A DNA stretch of 39,976 nucleotides from Octopus bimaculoides (lineage: Eukaryota). Where the stretch lies: contig NC_069000.1 of assembly GCF_001194135.2 (NCBI RefSeq), positions 23,821,855-23,861,830 on the forward strand. Reading direction: 5' to 3'. Position 1 is the first letter of the stretch; each line of letters begins with the position of its first letter. Under the pieces are notes generated by a model, which saw only the letters and a list, made by a program, of their open reading frames with translations, ran no database searches and had not been told where the DNA came from. A program made the translations under genes and the position numbers. Positions 1 through 11,659 of the stretch are shown in pieces.

Positions 1-295
1 ATTTCGGTTAGTGACTTATTCACGAATATACCAACACTAGCACCGCTGAGGGTAATATTCTCCGGGAACACACAAAAGCCCTTTTCAGAGTTATTTACTT
101 TGTATTGTTATTATCTCATATCTGATTAGCCTGTTATTACGGAACATGCTTCATGATTTTAGTATACATACCTTCCACTCACATTTATTTCTCTATGTAT
201 TATTCATCCTTTAAATGTACTTTACATGTATATGTATATTTATCTGCCCTTGTATATGTATTATGAGTTTATACATGCATGTCTGTTTGTTTGTG

Positions 296-405
296 TGTAT
301 GCATGTATGTATGTATGCATGTATGTATGCATGCATGTATGTATGTATGTATGCATGCATGTATGTATGCATGCATGTATGTATGCATGTATGCAATATG
401 TATGC
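296..405. repeat. Compound (ATGT/ATGC)n tetranucleotide microsatellite
   Basis: Direct read of tatgcatgtatgtatg... arrays; it generates the spurious MYVC/HTYI ORFs in the track. Confidence 0.95.
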
Positions 406-697
406 AGATACGTGTGTATACATGCATGTGTTCATGTATTTATGTTTGTATGTTTTGTGTGGACATTTGTAAATCCAGTGATACTATACAGATAACCTAT
501 CTCTCATGCACTTGTTGCTGGGGACCTTCTAAATTTAAGAGAATATCTATTGCTTTCTTTGTTATGACTTCCTTCACTACCACCATCAGCACTATCATCT
601 TCACCATAGGTTTCACTATCACAACCACTCTAACCTCCACCCATCCCACCATCTTAATCTACTATCGCTATCTTAGCACAATCATCACAATTATTTC

Positions 698-728
698 CAC
701 CACCACCACCACCACCACCACCACCACC
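698..728. repeat. (CAC)n trinucleotide repeat
   Basis: ccaccaccacc... run; source of the poly-Thr/poly-Val pseudo-ORFs. Confidence 0.95.
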
Positions 729-933
729 TTCATCCTAGTCACTGGCATTGCAACCATATCTGCTGTCTGTATGGGTATTAGTGTATGGAAGTGTGTGTGC
801 ATGCATAACAGTAACTGTAAAACATTGCTCATCAATATTAAGTGATTATGTGTGCATGTATACGTGTGGTAGTACATATGTGGATATATGCAGGTGTCCA
901 TGTACATCAACTTTTCAAAGGCAAATGTATAAG

Positions 934-934
<1 letters not shown>

Positions 935-971
<37 letters not shown>

Positions 972-1013
972 TGTGTGTGAGTGAGAGAGAGAGTGTGTGT
1001 GTGTGTGTGTGTG
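935..1013. repeat. (GT)n/(GA)n compound microsatellite
   Basis: Direct read. Confidence 0.95.
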
Positions 1014-1129
1014 TAGTTCCCACTTCATGCACTGGTTTCTTTTACCCACATCAAATTATATCGACTATACGCCAAGAATAATTATGGAGTACCCAAGACA
1101 CTCTTATCTTTTTTGCACACATAGACATT

Positions 1130-1496
1130 GGCATGGCTCTGGGGTAAGAAGCTTGCTTCCCAACCACATGGTTCCGGATTCAACCTCATAGTGTGGCCCT
1201 TTGGGCAAGTGTCTTCTACTAGAACCTTGGACCAACTAAAGCCTTGTGAGTGGATTTGGTCGACAGAAACTGAAAGAAAGCCCATCATATGTATGAGTGT
1301 GTGTGTATTTATGTGAATTTATGTATTTATGTATTGGTTTGTTTACATCCCCATAACATAGCAGTTCAGCAAAAAGACCAAAAGAATTAATATTAGGCTT
1401 TAAAAGAATAATTACTATGCTTGATTTCTTTGACTAAATCCTTCAAGGTGGTGCCCCAGTATGGCTGCAATCCAATGGCTGAAACAGGTAAAAGGC
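1130..1496 (+). mobile_element. tRNA-derived SINE, family A (head ggcatggct..ggtaagaagcttgcttcccaaccacatggttcc)
   Basis: Head and body recur in the window at 13220-13490 (-), 17033 (+), 22150 (+), 22965 (+) and 32740 (+). Tail ends ..ggctgaaacaggtaaaag. Confidence 0.85.
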
Positions 1497-2089
1497 AAAA
1501 TATCTAGACACACTATCCAGCAAAGACATTATTAACACTTCAAAGGATTTATGCTCGCCTTTTGAATTATTGCCCCTCTCACATACTTAATTCAGATTTC
1601 TTAGTCAAATGTATTCCTTATTTATTCACCTTGGTTAGAATTAATCATGCATTATCTTTTTAGCTTCAAGATTTCAATGGTGTGTTTGTATATTTTCAGA
1701 ATGACATTGTAACATGTGTGTGTGTGAGAGGTTGGATCTGGTCAGTTTTAACATAAAACAGGCAAAATATTTGGCCAGGTACAGCTGGATTAAATTCTAA
1801 TGGGTTAATCACCTTAATACTATGTGTTATTGCAAATTCTTAAAAATGGCGTGCAGGCATTGTTGTTGTTGTTTGTTTTCTTTTTGCAGTCTGATGAATG
1901 TAGGCAAGAGAAAAAAACAGCTTTTTTTATTCCAAACACTGGAAATTTTCATCCTATCATTAAACATGAATTGCTGCAAACATTCCATTAATGTACTACA
2001 TAACGATCATTCTAAACTCATATAAACTGAAAGCTTTCACATGTTGAAGCTTATCCAAACACTAACAGAATAAATATGTAGGCATGGTT

Positions 2090-2240
2090 ATATAGGACCA
2101 GACATAGCTGTGAGGTTAAGCAGTTGGCTTTACAGTTGCATGGTTTCAGCTGCCATCTCACTGTATAGCACTTTATGCAAATGTCTCAGGCCTGCCAATA
2201 CTCTTGAGAATGGAATTTGGTAGACATTGTAAAAAAACCT
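2090..2240 (+). mobile_element. Degenerate family A SINE head
   Basis: catagctgtgaggttaagcagttggc..ggaatttggtagac aligns by eye with the 1130 copy. Confidence 0.6.
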
Positions 2241-2873
2241 GCCCTGTGTGTGTGTGTGTGTGTGTGCATGCGCTTGTGTGTGTGTGTGTGTGTACACAGA
2301 TGCTATATCCATACACATACAGAAGTTAGTGTGACTATGTACATTTGCTGCATTACATTCTCTTTTTTTTTCTTTCATTTGTTAGAGAACATTTTGTCAT
2401 GAAAAAGAGGGAAAACCAAGAAGAGCAATTTTTCATAACCAGGAGATTCCATATATTCCAGCAAATTTTGAGATAACTTAATTTCTGCAACCAGCACACA
2501 AAATTTGAAAAACTAAGGTGGATTATTTCAAGCTGAATGAAAATTAATGAGATGACCATTACTAAAACTCTATCTGACATTTATTCCTATCACCATTTGA
2601 GGAAGAAAACTCATTCATTTCAAAATTTCAAAAAATACTGCTAGTTCCTTACTTTTTATAAACAAAAGCAAATGTCATTGTTTTGATTATGAATGTCAGT
2701 TAATTATTAATTACTGATTAATAATCTAGATTATTAGTTTTTATTGTTTTTGTTTGTTCCTGTGAGTTTAAAACCAAATCTAAAAGAAGAAAAAAATATG
2801 AAAAACAACTTAGGAAATATGAAAAAAAAATGAATTTATTCCCTTAATAATTTTTGATTCCATCAAATATTCT

Positions 2874-5093
2874 ATGTCAGAATCTTACAATGCCAAAGAT
2901 ATGCTGGCCTTGTTGAAAGAGAATGAAATTGAGTGTCTTGAAGAAATCCATGCAGCGGCCGTTGCTTCCGAGGTCACTGTAGCACATTATCCTCACCCTT
3001 ATTCTACTTCTGTAAAGCCTTCACTGTCTTCAACAGTGGCCAGTTTACCAGCTGGTGCTATCTCAGAAAAGAAGCTTTGCACCACTAAGTGTTTCAAGTG
3101 TCCAGACTGTAAGAAATCCTTCTCACAACTTGGCAATCTGAAGACCCATCAAAATATTCACAGTCCAGTCAAACCATTTCAGTGTAAAGTATGTCAGAGA
3201 AGTTTTGCACAACAAAGTACCCTCCTGCAGCATATGCGACTGCACACTGGTGAGAAACCCTACAAATGCAAGCTATGTAATAAGGACTTTACTCAGTCTT
3301 CTCATTTACAGCAGCACTTGCGTACCCATACAGGAGAGCGGCCATACAAATGCTCATTCTGTGATAAGGATTTTGCCCAACGCTCAACACTCAACCAACA
3401 CACTTTGACACATACTGGTATCAAGCTTTTTATTTGTCCACATTGCAACAAAAGCTTTGCACAAGCAAGCCACTTGAATCAGCATGTACGTCGACACACT
3501 GGGGAAAAACCTTACAAATGCTATACATGCTTGAAGGAATTCACGCAATCAAGTAACTTAGCCCAGCACATGAGAACTCACACAGGAGAAAAGCCATATC
3601 ACTGCTCATTGTGTAACCGTGATTTTGCACAGTGCAGTCATCTAAACCAGCATATGCGTAACAAACATGACAGTAAGTTGTCTGCTGGTATTGTTAATAA
3701 TAACCAGTACATTCTGAACAGATATCAACAATTCCAAGAGAATTCTAAGAGAGATAACACTTCAAATTCTGTAGATGGTTACCAACCAAATTTCTATCCA
3801 TTATTTAATCAATTAACTTCAAGTCAACAAACAGTAACATCATCAAGAGAAATAGTTTCAACAACTCATAAAAGTAAACAACCCAACTTGAATTTTATGT
3901 GTACCAGCACCAACTGTACTCTAACAGACAGTCTGTCCACAAAGAATAATTATCTCCAGGAAAAACCAATTGAGTTGTCAACTTCCCTTCCAATTAGCCA
4001 GTCCAGTTACTTTAATCCCCATAACAGAGATCAGATTACATATCCCTCAGATGAATATGTGCCAAACTGTGATCCTTCATCCCAAACCTTACGTCAGTAT
4101 TCAAGAAGTACCCACAATAAAACTGGTGATACATCAGAAGGGATTTTGCACTTAAACTGGGACAGTAGGAACAACTTAAGTAAATCAACAGATGACTCTC
4201 AACATTCTTTCCTGGATTCAATTAAGGAAATGAAATCTTTGCCTGTAACACAGCAAAATATTTATGCAAATCAAATTGATCCAAATGATTCTGGGAATTC
4301 AGAAAGCAAAGCAGAAAGGGACCCTACAGTTCCTAATGGTAAATTGGCAGTCAGTCACCTACGATCACCAAATAATTTACAAAGCACTGAAATCTTAATG
4401 CTGGAAAATACCCTGACTGTATACAATCGCTCATATGATAATTCCACTCCTACAAAAGACTGTTTAAACAAACTCTCTATATCTCACTCAGAAGTGGTTT
4501 CTCATTTGAAGGAATTGACGGAGAGTGACTGTCATGCTTTGCCCATTCAGGAGACATCCAATGACAGCCAGGTTCAGGTTTCTGTTTGTGATCATTCCCA
4601 GAGGAAACATTCATTAAATCAGGAACAACTAGAAAAGAACCCAATGGGTTTTAAAAGAAATCAACATGAAGGTCAATATAAACATCAAACTGAAGATGAC
4701 CAGCCAACATCCAAAGAGAAATTACACAGTGACTTTTTTTTGCTTCAAAATAAATCATCAGAAGGAAGTAATTCTTCCTCCCAGCTTGCTCCTGTTAAGC
4801 ATAAAGATCTTTCTAATAGGTGTTACAACCATAAAAATGACACCCAGAATAACAATACCAAGTTAACAGACATAAGGTCAGCAAGTCAAACAGACAAACT
4901 GTCAACAAAAGTCACTGATGGAAATTGTCTTCAATCATTGCCAACTAAATCACATTTATCAAAGGCATTACAGCATGGTTCTTCAAACAGTTCCTCTCTT
5001 TTAGTTGTTCAGTACAATTCTACAACTGCCGAATCTGAATCAGAAAATTACCAATCACCAACCAACCATCAAGTTACTCATATACAGAACTGA
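2874..5093 (+). CDS. C2H2 (Kruppel-type) zinc-finger protein: 7 tandem fingers (aa 74-265, nt 3093-3668) plus a 474-aa S/T/Q/N-rich tail
   Basis: Uninterrupted 739-aa ORF. Seven C-x2-C-x12-H-x3/4-H motifs joined by TGEKP, TGERP, SPVKP and TGIKL linkers. The start is uncertain because a candidate splice acceptor (tatgtcag) ends at 2880. Confidence 0.95.
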   Translation: MSESYNAKDMLALLKENEIECLEEIHAAAVASEVTVAHYPHPYSTSVKPSLSSTVASLPAGAISEKKLCTTKCFKCPDCKKSFSQLGNLKTHQNIHSPVKPFQCKVCQRSFAQQSTLLQHMRLHTGEKPYKCKLCNKDFTQSSHLQQHLRTHTGERPYKCSFCDKDFAQRSTLNQHTLTHTGIKLFICPHCNKSFAQASHLNQHVRRHTGEKPYKCYTCLKEFTQSSNLAQHMRTHTGEKPYHCSLCNRDFAQCSHLNQHMRNKHDSKLSAGIVNNNQYILNRYQQFQENSKRDNTSNSVDGYQPNFYPLFNQLTSSQQTVTSSREIVSTTHKSKQPNLNFMCTSTNCTLTDSLSTKNNYLQEKPIELSTSLPISQSSYFNPHNRDQITYPSDEYVPNCDPSSQTLRQYSRSTHNKTGDTSEGILHLNWDSRNNLSKSTDDSQHSFLDSIKEMKSLPVTQQNIYANQIDPNDSGNSESKAERDPTVPNGKLAVSHLRSPNNLQSTEILMLENTLTVYNRSYDNSTPTKDCLNKLSISHSEVVSHLKELTESDCHALPIQETSNDSQVQVSVCDHSQRKHSLNQEQLEKNPMGFKRNQHEGQYKHQTEDDQPTSKEKLHSDFFLLQNKSSEGSNSSSQLAPVKHKDLSNRCYNHKNDTQNNNTKLTDIRSASQTDKLSTKVTDGNCLQSLPTKSHLSKALQHGSSNSSSLLVVQYNSTTAESESENYQSPTNHQVTHIQN

Positions 5094-5409
5094 ACTATTA
5101 AATATATTCTTTTTATTTCTCCTTTACTGACTGTTTTGGATTGAGTTAAGACATTGAAATATGACTGGTGAAAGGGTCATTACCAGAACATACAGTATAT
5201 ATGGCAATATTATTTATTTAAATTCCAAATAATGCATACTTTCTTGTATACACACTTGTATATATGCACACAAAAATGGACAACAGCTATGCTGTGGATT
5301 CACCAACTGCAATGAAAAAGTCAAAATCAAACATAAACGAATGAATATCAAGAGATGAAGAGAGAAACAGAAACGCTTACATACATACTGACAGACATGC
5401 ATGCACATA

Positions 5410-5530
5410 AGTGCATGTATACACACACACACGCAGACATATATATCATACATACTTGCATACATACATACATACATACAATCATGCATGCATGCATACA
5501 TACATACATACATACATACATACATACATC
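5410..5530. repeat. (CA)n/(TACA)n/(TGCA)n compound microsatellite
   Basis: Direct read, downstream of the zinc-finger stop codon. Confidence 0.9.
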
Positions 5531-6662
5531 ATCGTTTACATACATTCATATATAGATTTACATTTATACACAGAGAGATATGGAGACAGTTATACAGATA
5601 GAGAGACAGCTACACAGATAGGCAAACAGATAATTGAACAGACATATATGCAGAGAGAAAATACACTGAGAGAAAGACTGATAGACAAATAAAAAGATTC
5701 AAATCAGTTAAATAGATACTGAGATAGGTAGTCAAGCAGATAGAAGCACAACCAAAAGAAAACTTCAGAGGCAGAATAGTTATATAAACAAATAGACAAA
5801 CAGAACAAAACTACATATTCTTGGTAAGGAACATTACAAATATTCCATACTTTACAGAAGCATTGCATTTCTGAAAAATCTTGCTGTAATGAAATTACAA
5901 AACATGAAACTACTTTCCCATATTGACTTCTGATATGTAACATGGATGTCAGTGTGTTTCTTTCTTGAGTCATTTGAGACAATAAGAAAATAGTTTACAC
6001 ATTATGGAATTCTACATTTTGGTAAGATTTTTCAAGAATGTCAACAGTTCCATAACATAGGGAATATCTGTATATATGCATGTACAGTATAGCTTTTCTG
6101 AAACCTTTAGTTCCAGAGCAATTCCAGATTACTGATTTTTCTGAACCAGGGGTGATCAGACCCTAAATTAAACAAATATTAAATTTGCATAAATGATACA
6201 AGTTTATTGATATTTCACTGTATGAGGTAGTAGTAAATTAGTTTGGTGGCTGTGGAAATTTGAAGTTAGTGTGAATGATAAGAGGTTCCAGACCATCTGT
6301 ACCTGGAAGTCGGTGTTGTACTTGTATACACCTACTGAAACATACAAACTAAATAGACAGTAAACATTTATCAGAATAGTGATTGATTTTCTATAGAGTT
6401 AAGAACGAATAACAAAAGTGGGGACAACAGTATAAAATATTACAAATAACAAAATATTTATGAATTATTCTTCTGGTACATAAATTTGTAGGGTTGTACT
6501 GTCAATTGGACATATGTATATTATATATGCTGTAATTGTGACTTTGATAAGTTTTTAAATTTGGATTACAGAACTGGTTGTGTAGTTAAGAAATTTGTTT
6601 CAGGTTGACAAACATCTTGTGAGTGGAATAGGAACTGTACAGAAGCATATCATATATACATA

Positions 6663-6880
6663 TATGAGGGAATGCTGAAAAGTTCCTGGCTTTGAGTAAA
6701 AGAACAAACAGGAAGATCAGTTAATTATGATTTTATTCAATATATTTCCTTTCAGATTCACACTTATTGCAGCAGTCCTTCAGTTTTTCTAAGCCCTCTA
6801 AGAGAACTCGGAAACTTGTGCCTCCAACCAGGCCTTTCATGATATCCTTAAAGCCAGGAATTTTTCAACACCATCTCGTA
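6663..6880. mobile_element. Mariner/Tc1-type MITE (~218 bp) with ~31-bp TIRs and TA ends
   Basis: Left tatgagggaatgctgaaaagttcctggcttt and right aaagccaggaatttttcaacaccatctcgta are imperfect reverse complements. Both ends are TA within TA-rich flanks. Confidence 0.85.
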
Positions 6881-6900
6881 TGTATTATATATATATATAT

Positions 6901-7451
6901 NNNNNNNNNNNNNNNNNNNNNNNNNNNNNNNNNNNNNNNNNNNNNNNNNNNNNNNNNNNNNNNNNNNNNNNNNNNNNNNNNNNNNNNNNNNNNNNNNNNN
7001 NNNNNNNNNNNNNNNNNNNNNNNNNNNNNNNNNNNNNNNNNNNNNNNNNNNNNNNNNNNNNNNNNNNNNNNNNNNNNNNNNNNNNNNNNNNNNNNNNNNN
7101 NNNNNNNNNNNNNNNNNNNNNNNNNNNNNNNNNNNNNNNNNNNNNNNNNNNNNNNNNNNNNNNNNNNNNNNNNNNNNNNNNNNNNNNNNNNNNNNNNNNN
7201 NNNNNNNNNNNNNNNNNNNNNNNNNNNNNNNNNNNNNNNNNNNNNNNNNNNNNNNNNNNNNNNNNNNNNNNNNNNNNNNNNNNNNNNNNNNNNNNNNNNN
7301 NNNNNNNNNNNNNNNNNNNNNNNNNNNNNNNNNNNNNNNNNNNNNNNNNNNNNNNNNNNNNNNNNNNNNNNNNNNNNNNNNNNNNNNNNNNNNNNNNNNN
7401 NNNNNNNNNNNNNNNNNNNNNNNNNNNNNNNNNNNNNNNNNNNNNNNNNNN
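6901..7451. other. Assembly gap (551 N), flanked by (TA)n and (TG)n
   Basis: N run. Confidence 1.

Positions 7452-7516
<65 letters not shown>
7452..7516. repeat. (TG)n microsatellite
   Basis: Direct read. Confidence 0.95.
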
Positions 7517-7518
<2 letters not shown>

Positions 7519-8129
7519 ATTTATGTATATATATTCACATGTGTGTGTGTGTATAGATATATATGTTCACGTATATGTGTGTGCATGAGTGTTTAGACCT
7601 ATATTTACTTCAGCTTATGTTGTATCTTGTCAACTTTGTGGTTCAACAAATGGAACTGATAACATAAGTTTCAAATTGGGATAAGTATTGAAGTTGATAT
7701 AACAAACTAAAACTCTTGAAGGTTATTATATACTGCATATATACAATCCAACAAATGAAACTAGTAAAAGAGATGAAAATACATTGGTGTCTTCACAGGT
7801 ACAAGATCTCAAATATAGGTAGGGAAAGAATAATCAATAGACTTCATTTCTTGCTTAATACCCAGAAGGATGAACTGTAAACTTAACCTTAGCAGGATTT
7901 GAAATCAAAAGAGAAATCACAAATTGCATGATATTTAATCTAGCTTTCAACCATTTCTACTACATCTTCAACCTGAATATTTAACAAACAATTTCAGAAA
8001 TGTCTTAATAGAATTATTTTGAATATGAAGTCATAAATAATGTTAAAACAAAGGTTTCTCTCTTGTCTAATATATTTGCTGTGTCTCCACAGAAAATGTT
8101 GTTCAATTTCTGATATTTAGAGTTGCCAA

Positions 8130-8300
8130 GGCAGTGAGCAGGCAGAATCTTTAGCATGCTGGGCATGTTCCAAGTTCAAATTCTGCCAAGATCAACTTTG
8201 CCTTTCATCCTTCAGGGTCAATCAGATAAGTATCAGTTGAGCACTGGTGGTCAATGTTATTGACTTACCCCCTTCCCATAATTGCTGGCCATTTGCCAAA
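8130..8300 (+). mobile_element. tRNA-derived SINE, family B (head ggcagtgagc(t/a)ggcagaa..gttcaaattctgcc)
   Basis: A-box-like and B-box-like (gttcaaatt) motifs. Matches copies at 26348 (+), 13055 (-) and 29040 (-). Confidence 0.8.
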
Positions 8301-11300
8301 ATTTGTAATCAATATTTAGAGTTGTCTGTGTTTCAGTGGCAGATAACTACTCCCTACTCATTTCTATTTCTTCATTTGTGCTGTTGGATCAAAGCCAGGT
8401 CTCAATTGCTCAGATCTAATATGACCACCCCTCCTCATACAAGGATAAGGTTATTTTTTCACAAAATTCAACAGTTGGTAATTGGTGCAAACAAAATTCA
8501 AAGACATTTTTATGATTATTTGAACATTTAAGTGAGACTACCAGATTAAATGTGTCACAGTTTTTACTTTATTCTTAAATTTGATTTCATATTCCTTCTC
8601 CAGTTGATAAATTAGCTAACCGTAATATACTGCAATTGACTAAAGTCATTAGCTAAAACTAACATAGCGTCTTGTGATAGTTACTCATGTAATATTATAG
8701 GGTCATTGAAAGAAAAGTAATCCTTAATTTGTGGTTCAAGTTAAGAATACACTAAAATGATTTCAGTCACCTTCTCTATGCCCCCAAACAGGACTTGAAC
8801 TCAGCTCTACAAGGTTAGACAGCACTTATTAATTTAAAGTGCTACCACTGCTTTACAGTGACAGACTCTGTCTACTCTGATATTTATTTAGAGCTAAGTG
8901 AACTTGATTATTGTGAACATAGTATCTTGGTTATGGACACAACACAGTGACAGTGAGGTGATACCATTCTGGACCATCAACAACCATTTAATTTCATTAT
9001 CAACATATATCCCAGATCAATCACACCAACTCTCCAACTACTTCAAAACACATCCTTACTGCTTTCATCCCCACCCATTTCCATATGCCAATCCAATCAC
9101 TCCCTAATTACAACAAACACACTACATCTACCTCAAGAACCTGTAACTAATTAGATCTCTTACAATACTATGGCAACAAATATGCTTTACTCTTGACCTA
9201 TTAGCATCAGCTAGGCAACAGCGTGAAATTAGTGTCCCTTCACATGTCACAAAATAACCAGCAGGAGATGAATAGATACTATTATGCATTACTTAACTTG
9301 TAAATGCTCTCTACAAGAGAGTGTGGGAAAAGATTTGTTGAGTGTGTGTGCTGTGTAGATTGAAATAGAATGGACAGCAAATGCAGTTGTTTTATTAAAA
9401 AGTGACAGATTCATCCTGGTTGAAGAGGAGTAAGGAGGAGAATTCTGGTGGAAATTTACTTACCAAGGTCTAGAAGTCTCTGCTGCAATTTAGGACTTTT
9501 GGGCTTGTAGGCTTTAGTTGTGTGAGCAATGTTGAAGACATTACTTTCAGTTTGTTTTCAACCAACTGTTTAATTGATCAGAGGTGAAGCATAACTTCTA
9601 AGAATAATCAGCATAGAAACTGATAATACTCCATCGATTTGCAGATCTGCTATAGGAAAACGTAAGATGTGTTGCTTTGGTTCACTGTGGTCAGATGAAC
9701 AAATATTATTGTTATAATTCATCCTCAATCAGATCAGTCCTGATTGAGCAAACCTATGATTAAAAACATTCCAGTTGTGATCTTCATGCATTTTTCCTGT
9801 GTTCTGGGAAGTAGCAGTCAAATTCTTCCCTCAAATCACACTTGTCTTCTTAAAAAGAGACATTATCTAATATATCCATTCTAAAATAGTTGGCTGTAAT
9901 TTGAGGGAAGTCAGATCAGTATGTTCAGGTCTTCCTTGCTGGATCTAATGTAATCTGTGGTAGTAAAAGGTTAGATGCGAAGTGAAAGAGTTTAAGGGCA
10001 TTTAATATATGTTCCTGCATTGTTAAGTAGTAGCAAGCTCCCAGAAATGTTTGTTTGCAATGCAGTTTCGGTATTCATTAGAAATACAGTATTTAATTTT
10101 TTGTACCTTTCTCTCTGGTTGAAACAGGTGGCACCACTCACTTTCAATATCATTTATCATATTCTTTGTCATGTGACACAATTAAAACAGAAGACCTAGT
10201 CTTTTGCACCACAATAGTCTTTGATAAAAACAACAAGGACATTTGGTAAGCTCATATTTTATTTCCATAACTTCTTGTGAAACTCTGATAACCATTCCTT
10301 TATAAACACTATCACAAGATTTTTTTATTTTCATTTAGGATTTTACCCTTTAAAAACTCTGAATGCTTATTTATTTATTTACTTATCTTTTTTTTCTACA
10401 AAAGATATCATTCTTCATTTAAGCAATTTTCTTGAAAATATCTAAGACAGTTGAAAAGTAAAAAGGAGTAGAAATAAACTCCTGGACTGATGACTACAAG
10501 ACCTAACTTTTGTTCATTAATGCTATTTCACTTCATTTACATTGCCAATGCTTTCAAGAAAGATAGGAATAATTTACATCATGTCATTTCCCTTCCCCAG
10601 CTGTAAATTTATGGCATTGTGCTTGTGTAACATTTTGTTGTTTAAAAATTTGTATTATTTGTTTAATATTTGATTAATAATACTTGGTTACTTGTTTATT
10701 GTTATATTAATATGCCTTCCTTAAGAATATTTTCTTTATGAGGTATGAACTCATGAAGGAGAGTACAAAAAGAGAGTATTTTGTGACATAGTGCTGTGCT
10801 GAAGAGGACTTGTTCATCCCATGTAAGTATGGGAAAACAGATGTAAAAATGATGATGGTGGAGGTGATGGAGATTGTTTGGTTGTATAATGTCTACATTT
10901 GGGTCTCTTCCAAATATTATGTCTATATTAAGTCTTCATATACAGCTCTCTTCCTTTTTTCATGACTCATCCATCACTCACTCCTTCATTGTCCATGTAC
11001 CTTCCTGTAATTACTCTATCTCTCTCAGCTGTCAGTATAATGAGAGATGCCATCACATAGGAGCTGTCTGGATCCAATCCCCTCTTAACATCACAACTTC
11101 ATCATTCTCTCTGTGATTACTCATGCTAATGACATCCATCATGCCCAGTCACAATCTTGCACATTACTAATCTCCTCTACCACTCACTGTTGACATTGAT
11201 TTCTCTCTCTTTCAGTTTCCCCTTCTCTCTTCTAGCACTTGCTTTGTCCCCCATCACTCTCTCATCTTTAGTCTTACCAAGGACAAAACAACCTCTATAG

Positions 11301-11659
11301 TGCTGGTGCTACAGTAAAATATACCAACCACACTTTATAAAGTGGTTGTTGAACAAATAAAGACAATGTAGACTGGAAAGGACTCTTTAATATTGCCAGG
11401 GACAGGATAATCACTTTAGAACTGGGACCATCATAGAAAGGACTTTCAGATATAAAAATAGAAAAATCAAGACAATCAAATCATTGAAAATCCCTAATTG
11501 TGTACACTGTACTAACATAATATTAATGCTGCAAATTAGGGGTACTTATACATGTGATTATAAGTAAGAATGGCCACATGTGTAAGAACCCCTTGATTAT
11601 TTATTAAGGATTGCATTAACTTTCATTCAGAAGTAGAAAATAGATCCCAACAACCAGAA

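Noticed and set aside
1-150. Faint inverted similarity to 30890-30960 (caggctaat.aga..agtaaa.aactc)
   Set aside because: Too short and gapped to distinguish from chance in AT-rich DNA without a proper alignment.
211-1081. Many 70-190 aa ORFs rich in MYVC, HTYI, poly-T or poly-V
   Set aside because: Translations of microsatellites with no domain content; the same applies at 5214-5692, 34142-34433 and 37810-38126.
296-5530. (TATG)n upstream and (CATA)n downstream of the ZNF could pair as an inverted repeat
   Set aside because: These microsatellites are ubiquitous here in both orientations, and there is no evidence that both lie in one transcript.
6767-7596. Long ORFs of 238-355 aa spanning X runs (also 24812-25794 and 38123-39190)
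   Set aside because: Artefacts of reading through N gaps.
8720-8850. tRNA-like A/B boxes on the minus strand
   Set aside because: No cloverleaf could be folded; more consistent with a decayed tRNA-derived SINE head than a tRNA gene.
10870-11250. Possible further RTE 3-prime remnant on the minus strand
   Set aside because: Too decayed to support with clear motifs.
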